A DNA stretch of 64,000 bases from Acidobacteriota bacterium (GTDB lineage: Bacteria; Acidobacteriota; Vicinamibacteria; Vicinamibacterales; UBA8438): the NCBI GenBank assembly GCA_009861545.1, contig VXME01000029.1, forward strand, positions 306 to 64,305, read 5' to 3'. Positions 30,801 to 39,601 of this stretch are shown here, piece by piece. The position numbers and the translations under genes were made by a program. How positions within the stretch are numbered: position 1 is the stretch's first letter; each line of letters starts with the position of its first letter. Below the pieces are notes generated by a model. It had not been told where the DNA came from and did not search any database. It saw nothing but the letters and a program-made list of their open reading frames with translations.

Positions 30801-31303
30801 CGCTCTCGCTGCAGGGAGTCGAGCGGATGACCAGCTTGCTGGTTCTGCCGCATCCGGACCGCGGCGCCGCCGAGGTGACGCGTCACCAGCCCGGACCGGA
30901 GACCGAGGCGACGGCGATGCGGGTTGTCATGGACCACGAGCGGGGCCGGGGGCGGCACGTCGAGGACGTGAGCGCGAAGAACCTCGGCTACGACGTCACG
31001 AGCCTCGACCCGGCGTCCGGCGACCTCCGGCTGATCGAGGTCAAAGGTCTCGCGGCCGCGACCGGCACGATACTGCTGACTCCCAACGAACGCCGCGTCG
31101 CCGAGGACCGGCCGGACTGCTACTGGCTGTACGTCGTCACCAACTGCAGCGAGACACCGGTGCTCCAGGAACCGATCGAGAACCCGGCCCGGTTCCCGTG
31201 GCACGAGGTGACGAAGGTGCAGCATTACTATCTGAAGGTCGACGCCATGACGCGGCCGATGCGGGTGCGCGACGACCGGCCGGAGTACGGAGCGGAGACA
31301 TAG
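27869..31303 (+). CDS. SNF2-like superfamily-2 helicase with C-terminal DUF3883 (PD-(D/E)xK nuclease-like) domain
   Basis: Motif I LADDAGAGKT, motif II VVVDEAHRM, motif III LLLTATPHKG, helicase-C with motif VI QRMGRIHRYGQ. C-terminal LGYDVTS...LRLIEVKG...YWLYVV matches the DUF3883 restriction-endonuclease-like pattern. Confidence 0.85.
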   Translation: MNTPTTPTEGQILTGPLFNEPMRVETVAETGPGSWTLGLVGTRSERFRKVSLGTAELVGLTVLDSGFRYDGDGALLRLGLQAHALGIAWEFDPYFGLSVSRVDPLPHQLEAVYDHLLKLARVRFLLADDAGAGKTIMAGLLIRELQLRGLAERILVVAPSNLAFQWQRELQEKFDETFVVLKGSELRAQFGVNQWMQQPKVVTSLDLAKREEILPGLRQVHWDLVVVDEAHRMSARDESHKSQRYKLGELLRDSSDHILLLTATPHKGDPENFSLFLQLLDRDAYADVRSIRQAMDAGRAPFYLRRTKEAMVYFPQRDENGEWAARKIFTKRIPSTVDFKIDGSEFELYREVTEFVKRQSIRAAAEGNDPRARAVGFLMALYQRRLASSTRAMRRSLGNRADRLERGLAQAEDLVRTAPPDLPSMDELDEMEERDRERLERLLDAITLAGNAQMVRQEIAELRALAVKAENVEQAGVEAKLAKFEDLLRGQGFFDRPDQRLVLFTEFKDTLDYLVEKLEAWGFKVATIHGGMKPGARDEAGTRLHAEQQFREGAVQVLVATEAAGEGINLQVCNILFNYDIPWNPNRLEQRMGRIHRYGQEKDCLIFNFVATNTIEGHVLQRLLDKLQEIRDALDDDAVFNVVGEVLPAAYVERVLRDYYAGRLGGEDLEERLLRDVDEGRFRNICQNALEGLATKNLNLEMLVERRARARERRVVPETIARFLRDAAPLAPLKLDFIGGLAHTFVPGRTPASLRRYEREPDWRLPELAMRYPRCSTDRDTAQKNALEWVTPGHPLFEAVRRHAREQALEPLACGATFYSLAHNAPTRIDFYRARVVDGLGHVVHERVFAVELAGDNEPCRCEPGVLGDLSPAPVPDTLPAIAHRPEPVSWLQEHVLVPFLDATRAERLAEVERVADHVELSLTELLQRTDEEIGRAADDVDEGRQGAEGRLAMAEVRHAELLARRERRRQELQQQQALSLQGVERMTSLLVLPHPDRGAAEVTRHQPGPETEATAMRVVMDHERGRGRHVEDVSAKNLGYDVTSLDPASGDLRLIEVKGLAAATGTILLTPNERRVAEDRPDCYWLYVVTNCSETPVLQEPIENPARFPWHEVTKVQHYYLKVDAMTRPMRVRDDRPEYGAET

Positions 31304-31320
31304 GGCGTCCAGGAGAGTTG

Positions 31321-32478
31321 ATGAGCAGGGATCTGCGGTTCCGGCGTCTGCGGCTGCGCAACTGGAAGAACTTCCTGCGCGTGGACGTTGCCCTTCAGGA
31401 CCGCCTGTTTCTCGTGGGAGCGAACGCGTCGGGGAAGTCCAACTTCCTGGATGCCTTCCGGTTTCTCCGGGATATCGCCCTCTCCGGCAGCGGGTTCCGT
31501 GAAGCTGTTCTCCACCCTCGGCGCGGCGGAGTCAGCGGCATTCGTTGCCTGGCGGCTCGTCAGTACCCAGACGTGGAGATGACGGTTCACCTCGAAGAAG
31601 AGGGCGGCGGTGTCGCCTGGGAGTACGAGATTGCGTTTCACCAGGACAAGCAGCGGCGCCCGCGCATCCGAACGGAGCGCGTGAGTCGTGACGGAAAGGC
31701 GCTGGTCAAGAGACCGAACAAGCAGGATTCCGCAGATCCGGAGCGGCTCACCCAGACCTACCTGGAGCAGGTCAACGTCAATCAACGGTTTCGGGAACTG
31801 GTTGCGTTCTTCAGCTCCATCCGCTACCTGCACCTGGTGCCGCAGTTGGTCCGCGAGCCCGATCGGTCAGTCGGTCGCCCCAACGATCCTTTCGGCGGTG
31901 ATTTTCTGGAGCAGGTCGCCAAGACGCAGGAACGCACGCGGACTGCCCGGCTCGGTCGCATACAGCGTGCCCTGCGGGTGGCGGTGCCGCAACTCGAGCA
32001 GATCGATCTGTGGCGCGACGCGCGCGGCACGCCGCATCTGCGGGGCAAGTACCAGCACTGGCGAGCGCGGGGGGCGTGGCAGAGCGAGGAGCAGTTCTCC
32101 GACGGGACCCTCCGTCTGATGGGTTTGCTCTGGGCGGCGATGGACAAGGGAGGTCCGTTGCTGCTCGAAGAGCCGGAGCTGTCGCTCCATCCCGAAATCG
32201 TACGCGTGCTGCCGCAGATGCTGGCCCGCGTGCAGCGCCGAAGCGGCCGGCAGGTGTTCGTGAGCACGCACTCTCCAGACCTGCTGCGTGATGAGGGCAT
32301 CGGCCTCGACGAGGCGATGCTGCTGGTGACGAGTGCCGAAGGTACCGAAGTGGTACCGGCCAGCTCGAACCAGGAAGTGCGCAAGCTGCTGGAAGGGGGC
32401 CTGTCTCTTGCCGAAATCGCCATACCGAAGACGCGACCGAAGAACGCCGCCCAGCTCGCGCTGTTCGGAGACGCGTGA
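31321..32478 (+). CDS. ABC/SMC-type AAA ATPase (defence-associated, module C)
   Basis: Walker A VGANASGKSNFLDA, signature-like QFSDGTLRLMG, Walker B PLLLEEPELSLHP, H-loop VSTHSP. ATG lies 17 nt after the helicase stop. Confidence 0.8.
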   Translation: MSRDLRFRRLRLRNWKNFLRVDVALQDRLFLVGANASGKSNFLDAFRFLRDIALSGSGFREAVLHPRRGGVSGIRCLAARQYPDVEMTVHLEEEGGGVAWEYEIAFHQDKQRRPRIRTERVSRDGKALVKRPNKQDSADPERLTQTYLEQVNVNQRFRELVAFFSSIRYLHLVPQLVREPDRSVGRPNDPFGGDFLEQVAKTQERTRTARLGRIQRALRVAVPQLEQIDLWRDARGTPHLRGKYQHWRARGAWQSEEQFSDGTLRLMGLLWAAMDKGGPLLLEEPELSLHPEIVRVLPQMLARVQRRSGRQVFVSTHSPDLLRDEGIGLDEAMLLVTSAEGTEVVPASSNQEVRKLLEGGLSLAEIAIPKTRPKNAAQLALFGDA

Positions 32479-33086
32479 CGGTGTCGGCCGCGGTGACCGT
32501 CTCTGCGGCGGTTGAGGGAAGCCTCGACGAAGCGGTCGTTGACCGGCTCATCCGTCACGTCGGAGGGCATCCCGGCACGGTCTACGGCAAGAACGGCAAG
32601 CCGTTTCTCAGAGACCGGATCCGCGGCTACAACAACGCCGCGCATCACGCTCCGTGGGTCGTGCTCGTCGACCTCGACACGGAAGGAGAATGCGCACCGT
32701 CAGTACGTGACGCGTGGTTGCGGCAGCCCGCTCCGCGGATGTGCTTTCGAGTCGTCGTACGAGCGATCGAGGCGTGGCTCATGGCGGACGCGGAGCGGCT
32801 GGCGGCCTTCATCGGGGTCGCGCGGAGCAGGGTGACCGCGGACCCCGAGGGGTTGGACCATCCCAAACAGACCATGGTCAACCTGGCGCGTCTGTCGCGT
32901 CGCCGCGATGTTCGCCGGGACATGGTCCCGCGCCAGGGGAGCGGCCGGACCGAGGGATCGGCCTACGCGTCGCGGCTGATCGAGTACGCTACCGACCGCT
33001 GGCGGCCGGACGTGGCCGTCCTACGTGCGGACAGCCTGCGGCGCGCTGTCGCGTGTCTGCAACGGCTGAGTAGCGAGGACGCCTGA
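32475..33086 (+). CDS. DUF4276-like TOPRIM-like partner protein, module C
   Basis: GTG at 32475 overlaps the ATPase stop (GTGA). Motifs AAVEGSLDEAVV, VVLVDLDTE and AIEAWLMAD. Confidence 0.6.
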   Translation: MTVSAAVTVSAAVEGSLDEAVVDRLIRHVGGHPGTVYGKNGKPFLRDRIRGYNNAAHHAPWVVLVDLDTEGECAPSVRDAWLRQPAPRMCFRVVVRAIEAWLMADAERLAAFIGVARSRVTADPEGLDHPKQTMVNLARLSRRRDVRRDMVPRQGSGRTEGSAYASRLIEYATDRWRPDVAVLRADSLRRAVACLQRLSSEDA

Positions 33087-33100
33087 CACGAGAGGGTGCG

Positions 33101-35206
33101 ATGCACGAGGTGAAGTCGATCCAGGACCTGCTGAATCAGATCAGCCGCGACGAGATCCTGCTGCCCGAGTTCCAGCGCGGCTACGTCTGGAACCGCGATC
33201 AGGTGCGCGGGCTGATGCAGTCGCTCTACCGCAAGCATCCGACTGGCCATCTGCTGATCTGGCGCACGTACAAGCCGTCGCTGGTTCGCGGCGGCGAGGC
33301 GGCGCGCGACGGGCATTCGTTGTTGTTGCTCGACGGACAACAGCGCCTGACGACGCTCTACGTGCTGTTCAAGGGCGAGGCGCCGCGGTTCTACGAGGGT
33401 GAGTCGCTGTTCTTCGATCTGCACTTCAACATGCAGACCGAGGAGTTCCGCTTCTGGCAGAAGTCGCGCATGGAGAACAACCCGGCGTGGATCGGCGTCC
33501 ACGAGTTCCTGCAGGAGGGACTGACCGCTCTGCTCGAACGGTTGGAACAGATCGACGAGGAGCGGCGCAGAGTCATCCAGCAGAACTTAGCTCGGCTGGG
33601 TCGCTTGAATAGCGTCCGCGACTATACCTACACCGTCGATCAGGTGTCGGGCGACCACTACAGCGTCGAGCAGGTTGTCGACATCTTCAACCGGGTCAAC
33701 AGCAGAGGGACGCCTCTCACGAGGGCCGACCTCGCCCTGGCGTACGTTTGCAGCCTTTGGCCGGAGGCCCGGGCAGAGTTGCGCACTTTCAGCGGCAAGA
33801 TGGCGGAGCGCGGCTTCGCTGTCGACCTGAATTTCCTCGTGCGCTGTCTGGCGGCCGCCGCGACCGGCTCGGTGCTGTTGGAAGGGTCCTTTCTGAAGAC
33901 TCCTGCGCCGACGTTGCAGGACGCCTGGGAGAAGATGCAACCGGCGTTCGAGCATTTGGTGAGTGTCCTGCGCCAGGAGGCGTTCATCGGTGGTCTCGAC
34001 GACCTGCCGACCAATTTCGTGCTGATTCCAGCCACCATCTACCTGGCGCGCCAGGGCGGCCAGTTTCCGAGCGACGCGATCCGGCGGCGCTTCCTCCGCT
34101 GGATCTTCCTCGCCGGGCTATGGGCCCGTTATTCGGGTTCGACCGATACCAAGCTCCAGCAGGACGTGGCGCTGGTGTCTGGGCGCGACCTGGACCCGAC
34201 GCACGAGTTGGAAGCGGCGATTCTCCGTGAGCGCGGGCGAGTCACCCTGCAGGAAGGGGACCTGGAGCGCGCCCGCATCGACTCATCGGTCGCGCGCCTG
34301 AGCCGGATCGTGGCGCGGCATCGAGACGCTCGGGACTGGTTCACGGGCTTGCGCATCTACGACTCGGTGACCGGCAAGAACCTGGGCGAAGAGCGACACC
34401 ACATCTTCCCCAGACGGGTGCTCGAAAAGGCCGGATTCGACGATACGACACGGATCAACGCCGTGGCCAACCGGGCCATTCTCGGGCAGCGGGCCCCGAA
34501 GGAGTACCAGGGGATGTCGCCCGCAGAGTATCTCCCGGAGGTCGACGAGCATCAGCCAAGCGCCTTGCGAGCGCAGTCGGTGCCGATGGACCGCGCACTC
34601 TGGCAGCCCGAGCGCTTCCTCGATTTCCTGGCGGCCCGCCGGCGTCTGCTGGCCGAGGCGATGAACGAGTTCATCGCCGGGTGGCTCCCGGAGAAGGAGG
34701 CGGACCCCGAGCAACACGTGCGCGCGCTGATCGCCGTCGGCGAAAGTGAGACGCTGGAGTTCAAGTCGAGCCTGCGCTGGGACCATCGTGAGGAGCGGGT
34801 CAACAAGGCGCTCGAAGGGGTGGTGGTCAAGACGCTCGCCGGATTCCTGAACGCGGCGGGCGGCACGCTCCTCATCGGCGTCGACGACGGCGGTGCACTC
34901 GTCGGACTCGCGGCGGACTATGCAACGCTCAATAAGCAGGATCGCGACGGGTTCGAACTCCACCTGCAGAACGTCCTCGCCCGCGATCTCGGCGAGGCTG
35001 CATCATCGTCGTTCTTGACCGTGAACTTCCACGAGATCGACGGGCAGGATATCTGCCAGGTTACGGTGGAGCCGAGCGACCATGCGATCTACGTGGAGTA
35101 CAAGAACGAAGCAATCCTCTATCTGCGCGTCGGCAATCTGACCCGGCCGCTTCCCGTCAAAGAGGCCGTCCAGTACGTCGGGCGCCACTGGGGGAAGACG
35201 GCGTGA
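33101..35206 (+). CDS. DUF262 (ParB-like nuclease/NTPase) - DUF1524-like His-Me finger - AlbA_2 (Schlafen-like) fusion; GmrSD-like type IV restriction candidate
   Basis: N-terminal LPEFQRGYVW...LLLDGQQRLTTL (DUF262). Mid-region FNRVNSRGTPLTRADL. ERHHIFPRRVL...NAVANRAIL (HNH/His-Me, DUF1524-type). C-terminal ESETLEFKSSLRWD...GFLNAAGGTLLIGVDDGG (AlbA_2-type). Confidence 0.8.
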   Translation: MHEVKSIQDLLNQISRDEILLPEFQRGYVWNRDQVRGLMQSLYRKHPTGHLLIWRTYKPSLVRGGEAARDGHSLLLLDGQQRLTTLYVLFKGEAPRFYEGESLFFDLHFNMQTEEFRFWQKSRMENNPAWIGVHEFLQEGLTALLERLEQIDEERRRVIQQNLARLGRLNSVRDYTYTVDQVSGDHYSVEQVVDIFNRVNSRGTPLTRADLALAYVCSLWPEARAELRTFSGKMAERGFAVDLNFLVRCLAAAATGSVLLEGSFLKTPAPTLQDAWEKMQPAFEHLVSVLRQEAFIGGLDDLPTNFVLIPATIYLARQGGQFPSDAIRRRFLRWIFLAGLWARYSGSTDTKLQQDVALVSGRDLDPTHELEAAILRERGRVTLQEGDLERARIDSSVARLSRIVARHRDARDWFTGLRIYDSVTGKNLGEERHHIFPRRVLEKAGFDDTTRINAVANRAILGQRAPKEYQGMSPAEYLPEVDEHQPSALRAQSVPMDRALWQPERFLDFLAARRRLLAEAMNEFIAGWLPEKEADPEQHVRALIAVGESETLEFKSSLRWDHREERVNKALEGVVVKTLAGFLNAAGGTLLIGVDDGGALVGLAADYATLNKQDRDGFELHLQNVLARDLGEAASSSFLTVNFHEIDGQDICQVTVEPSDHAIYVEYKNEAILYLRVGNLTRPLPVKEAVQYVGRHWGKTA

Positions 35207-38200
35207 TCCCGCGCGAGTGCAAGCGCCTCGCGGAGGTGGACTTCCCGATCTCCGTGGTGTCGAAGCACGCGGCGCGGGAGAAGTCCATCCGGCACGGGCA
35301 TCCCTCGACGCTGCACTTGTGGTGGGCGCGCCGACCACTCGCGTCGAGCCGGGCCGTGCTATTGGCCCTGTTGTTGCCGGACCCGTGTGATTCCCGTTGC
35401 CCGGAGGAGTTCAAGTGGAAGGCGAGGGAGATTCTGAGCGCTGTGCGGCAGCCGCCCGCGAACGACGTGGAGCTGCGGAGGGCGCTTCTGTGGTTCATCG
35501 GAACGTTCGCCAACTGGGACATGGCGGCGCATCCGACCTACCTGCAAGTGGGGCGCAACCTTGTGCGGACGGCGCACGGGGAGGAGGCCCCGTTGGTGGT
35601 GGATCCGTTCGCGGGCGGCGGGTCGATTCCGCTGGAGGCGCTCCGGCTCGGCTGCGAGGCGTTCGCGAGCGACCTGAACCCCGTGGCGTGTCTGATCCTC
35701 AAGGTCATGCTGGAGGACATCCCGCGCCACGGGCCGAAGCTGGCCGATGAGTTGCGTCGTGTCGGTGGCGAGATCAAGGCCGCGGCGGAAAAGGAACTGG
35801 CCGACCTTTATCCGGCGGACCCGGACGGTGCGACACCGATAGCCTATCTTTGGGCGCGGACGGTGCGGTGCGAGGCGCCGAATTGCGGAGCCGAGATCCC
35901 CTTGATGCGGTCGTTCTGGTTGTGCAAGAAGGGCCGGCGCAAGCGGGCGTTGCGACCCCACGTCGTGCGCGCTGAGGACGAGTTGCCGCGGGTCGAGTTC
36001 GAGATCTTCGAGCCGCGTGCGGACAAGGATGTGGGCGCGGGCACCGTGGCGCGTGCGAAGGCCACCTGTGTGTGTTGCGGCGCGGTGAAGCCGCCGGAGC
36101 GCGTTCGGGCGCAACTCGCGGCACGACGGGGCGGAGCGGACGTCATCTTAGACGAGCAGGGTCGCCGCACGGGCGGCGCGTTTCTGGTTGCCGTGGTCAC
36201 GCTGAAACAGGACGAAACGGGACGCCAGTACCGACTGCCGACCGAGCGGGACTACGAGGCAGTAGGCAAGGCGCAGTCACGAGTGGCCGGGGTCCTCGAC
36301 GAGTGGGAACGCAACAGGCGCGGTCTTTGCCCGGTTCCTGATGAACCGCTTCCCTCCATAGGCACGCTCGGCTTTCGCGTTCAGCGCTACGGCATGCTCC
36401 GATGGGGGGATCTGTTCACGGCGCGACAGAAGATGGCACTGTTCCTTCATGCCCGTTTGTGCGACTCCATTCCCGATGACGAGCGCCTAAAGCGGTGTAT
36501 CGGACTGTCGCTAAGCGGCGTTGCAGACAGAAACGTTTCGCTGGCCACGTGGCGACCCCAAGCGGATCAAGAGAAAGTCGAACACTTGTTCACAAGACAT
36601 GCCCTTCCTATGGCATGGGACTTCGGCGAGGCCGTTCCGCTGAGTGATTCCACCGGTAGCTTCGGTGACAGACTGGGCGTCCTCGTCAGGACAGTTTCAG
36701 CGATGGCGGAGAACGGTCAAGCAGAGTATGCCGCAACCTCGACTCAGGCCGCCGACGCCACCAACCACCCTCTCCCCGACGAAACCGCCGGGGTCTGGTT
36801 TACCGATCCGCCCTACTACGACGCTATTCCTTACTCCGATCTCTCGGACTTCTTCCTCGTCTGGCTCCGGCGCGCCCTGCCCGACCAGCCGTTGCTGCGC
36901 GATCCGTTTGATGCCGGCAACCCGCTGTCGCCGAAGACAGCCGAGGCAGTGCAGGACGAAACTAAGGAAGTCCACGGAAGACCGAAGGACCGCATGTGGT
37001 TCGAGGAGACGATGGCCCGCGTGTTCGCGGAGGGCCGCCGCTTGCTTCGCGAAGACGGCGTAGGCTCCATCGTCTTCGCGCACAAGACCACCGAGGGCTG
37101 GGAGGCGCTTCTCTCCGGCATGATTCGAGGTGGCTGGACCATCACCGGATCGTGGCCCATAGCCACGGAGATGGGCTCAAGGCTGCGCGCGCGCGACTCC
37201 GCTGCCCTCGCCACAAGCATCCACTTGATCTGTCGACCGCGTCCAGAAGACGCGAGGACTGGTGACTGGGCGGAAGTTCTGCGCGAGCTGCCCCGGCGAG
37301 TCGGGGAATGGATGGAGCGTTTGCAGGACGAGGGTGTTCGAGGTGCGGACCTCGTATTCGCCTGTATCGGACCGGCACTGGAGATTTTCAGCCGCTATTC
37401 ACGAGTCGAGACCGCGGATGGAAGTGAGGTGACGCTGCCGGAGTACCTGGAAAAGGTCTGGGAGGTCGTCGGCCGCACGGCGCTAGAGAACGTCCTCGGC
37501 GCAGCGGAAGCGAAGGCCCGCAACGGCCTTGCCGGCGCGCTTGAAGAGGACGCGAGACTGACGGCCCTCTTCCTCTGGACGCTCCAGGCGACCACCGACG
37601 AAGGGACCCAAGACTCCGCTGATGACGACGGTGCGCCGGGCGACGCCGAGGACGAATCAGAACACGGCGGGTCCGCCGACAAGGCGAAGGGTTTCTCTCT
37701 GGTCTTCGACGTCGTGCGACGCTTCGCCCAGCCGCTGGGCATCGATCTCCCGAAGTGGGAGAAACGCACCATCGAGACGAAGAAGGGTGTGGTTCGCCTG
37801 CTGCCTGTGGCTGAGCGGGCGAAGCAGCTTTTCGGCGAGCGCGGGGCGCAGGACGTCGCGGCGTGGCTGGAACAGGAGGAGGCAACCGGAACCGACGCGC
37901 TACAGGGCGTGCTGTTTCCGGACCGACAGGAGAGAATCGGGTCCGCCGTCAGAGAGCGGCGACCGCGGTACGGCGATGCCGACAACGTGTCGGACGAACG
38001 TACCGGCACGACGACGCTCGACCGGGTCCACACGGGGATGTTGCTCCAAGCCGGCGGGCGCACCAACGCGTTGCGGGCGCTTGTACAGGCGGAGCAGGAG
38101 CGCGGCCCCGACTTCCTGCGCTTGTCGAACGCCCTTTCCGCGCTGTATCCGCGTGGCAGCGAGGAGAAGCGCCTGCTCGACGCGATGCTCCTGGCGGTTC

Positions 38201-38208
38201 CGAAATAG
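35203..38208 (+). CDS. DUF1156 domain DNA methyltransferase with Zn ribbon (DPPY motif IV)
   Basis: N-terminal hallmark EVDFPISVVSKHAAREKSIRHGHPSTLHLWWARRPLASSRA. SAM-binding VVDPFAGGGSIPLEA. Cys pairs CEAPNCG...CVCCG. Catalytic FTDPPYYD. GTG at 35203 overlaps the upstream stop (GTGA). Confidence 0.85.
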   Translation: MIPRECKRLAEVDFPISVVSKHAAREKSIRHGHPSTLHLWWARRPLASSRAVLLALLLPDPCDSRCPEEFKWKAREILSAVRQPPANDVELRRALLWFIGTFANWDMAAHPTYLQVGRNLVRTAHGEEAPLVVDPFAGGGSIPLEALRLGCEAFASDLNPVACLILKVMLEDIPRHGPKLADELRRVGGEIKAAAEKELADLYPADPDGATPIAYLWARTVRCEAPNCGAEIPLMRSFWLCKKGRRKRALRPHVVRAEDELPRVEFEIFEPRADKDVGAGTVARAKATCVCCGAVKPPERVRAQLAARRGGADVILDEQGRRTGGAFLVAVVTLKQDETGRQYRLPTERDYEAVGKAQSRVAGVLDEWERNRRGLCPVPDEPLPSIGTLGFRVQRYGMLRWGDLFTARQKMALFLHARLCDSIPDDERLKRCIGLSLSGVADRNVSLATWRPQADQEKVEHLFTRHALPMAWDFGEAVPLSDSTGSFGDRLGVLVRTVSAMAENGQAEYAATSTQAADATNHPLPDETAGVWFTDPPYYDAIPYSDLSDFFLVWLRRALPDQPLLRDPFDAGNPLSPKTAEAVQDETKEVHGRPKDRMWFEETMARVFAEGRRLLREDGVGSIVFAHKTTEGWEALLSGMIRGGWTITGSWPIATEMGSRLRARDSAALATSIHLICRPRPEDARTGDWAEVLRELPRRVGEWMERLQDEGVRGADLVFACIGPALEIFSRYSRVETADGSEVTLPEYLEKVWEVVGRTALENVLGAAEAKARNGLAGALEEDARLTALFLWTLQATTDEGTQDSADDDGAPGDAEDESEHGGSADKAKGFSLVFDVVRRFAQPLGIDLPKWEKRTIETKKGVVRLLPVAERAKQLFGERGAQDVAAWLEQEEATGTDALQGVLFPDRQERIGSAVRERRPRYGDADNVSDERTGTTTLDRVHTGMLLQAGGRTNALRALVQAEQERGPDFLRLSNALSALYPRGSEEKRLLDAMLLAVPK

Positions 38209-38234
38209 ACGCCACTGTGACTCGAGGTAATGCC

Positions 38235-39599
38235 ATGGAACAGATTCGGTTGAAGAACTTCCGTTGCTTTCGGGAGGCCCAGGCCGCACGGCTCGCCCCA
38301 CTTACCCTACTCGTAGGTGAGAACAGCACGGGCAAGACGTCGTTCATGGCTCTTATCCGGGCGCTATGGGACGTTGCGCATCGGCGTGCCGTTCCTGGCT
38401 TCAAGGAACCTCCTTACGACCTTGGCAGCTTCGACGAGATGGCCCATTATCGCAAGGGGAAAACCGGCCGGGCCGTGAGTTTCGAGGCGGGGTTTGATGT
38501 GACTCCCCTTGCGAGTTCCGGACAGGATCGAGAAAAAGACGCCGCCGGCCGGCTACATCACTTCGATGTGACGTTTTCGAGAAGAGGGACCATTCCGATT
38601 CCGTCCAAGTGGCGGCTTGCTTGCGAGGATGTATGGATCGAGGAGCGTCTCAACAAGGACTCGTCCCGGTGGATTCACTTCGGAACAGCGAACGGCGAAT
38701 GGCGCCGGAAGGTGCCGGCTGACGTCGAGGCGGGCATTCCTGCCGATTTTCAGATCGTGACATCGTTGTCATGGTACCTGACAACAGCGCCTCATGGAAA
38801 TACCGACATCCAGCCGTTGGCTGACTCTCCATCGATCTCCGAACAGGACCGAGGACGAATCAATCGGCTCGTTCTTGGCTCTGGCCTCCACGGTTTTTTT
38901 CTTACGGAGCAACGGCCCTTCGCTAGCGCGCCTGTTCGCTCCAAGCCGCGCCGGACGTATGATCCCTCGCGGCCTTCGAGGGAGCCTGAAGGAGAAAACG
39001 TTCCAATGTATCTTTCCACGGCGTTCTTCGAGGACAAGAAGTCGTGGGCGGCACTAAAGAACGCGCTTGAGGAGTTTGGACACGATGCGGGGCTGTTCGA
39101 CGAGATCTCGGTCAGGCCCTTGGGAAAGAGAGGGAGCGAACCATTTCAGATGCACGTACGGAAATTCGGAAGACGAGCCAAGGGGCCGATGCGCAACCTG
39201 ATCGACGTCGGCTACGGCGTCAGTCAGGTACTGCCAGTTGTTACCGAGCTGTTCCGGGACAACGAAACACCCATATTCCTCCTGCAGCAGCCAGAGGTGC
39301 ATCTTCATCCTAGCGCCCAGGCCGCCCTCGGAAGCCTCTTCTGCAGGATCGCCGAAGAGCACCGGCAGGTGGTGGTCGAGACGCATAGCGATCACCTGCT
39401 CGACCGGGTGCGCATGGACGTGCGTGATGGTAGGCCAAGGTTGAAGCCCGAGGATGTGTCGATCCTCTTCTTCGAGCGTAGCGATCTGGATGTCAGGATC
39501 CACTCGCTCCGTCTAGATCGGCAAGGTAACATTCTGGACGCGCCGCCGAGTTATCGGCGTTTCTTCATGAACGAGACGCGACGGTCACTGGGGCTCTGA
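38235..39599 (+). CDS. ABC-type AAA ATPase (DUF3696-like C-terminus), module D
   Basis: Walker A VGENSTGKTSFMAL, Walker B IFLLQQPEVHLHP, H-loop VVVETHSDHLLDRV. N-terminal IRLKNFRCF. Visibly less GC-rich than its flanks. Confidence 0.8.
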   Translation: MEQIRLKNFRCFREAQAARLAPLTLLVGENSTGKTSFMALIRALWDVAHRRAVPGFKEPPYDLGSFDEMAHYRKGKTGRAVSFEAGFDVTPLASSGQDREKDAAGRLHHFDVTFSRRGTIPIPSKWRLACEDVWIEERLNKDSSRWIHFGTANGEWRRKVPADVEAGIPADFQIVTSLSWYLTTAPHGNTDIQPLADSPSISEQDRGRINRLVLGSGLHGFFLTEQRPFASAPVRSKPRRTYDPSRPSREPEGENVPMYLSTAFFEDKKSWAALKNALEEFGHDAGLFDEISVRPLGKRGSEPFQMHVRKFGRRAKGPMRNLIDVGYGVSQVLPVVTELFRDNETPIFLLQQPEVHLHPSAQAALGSLFCRIAEEHRQVVVETHSDHLLDRVRMDVRDGRPRLKPEDVSILFFERSDLDVRIHSLRLDRQGNILDAPPSYRRFFMNETRRSLGL

Positions 39600-39601
39600 C
39601 G

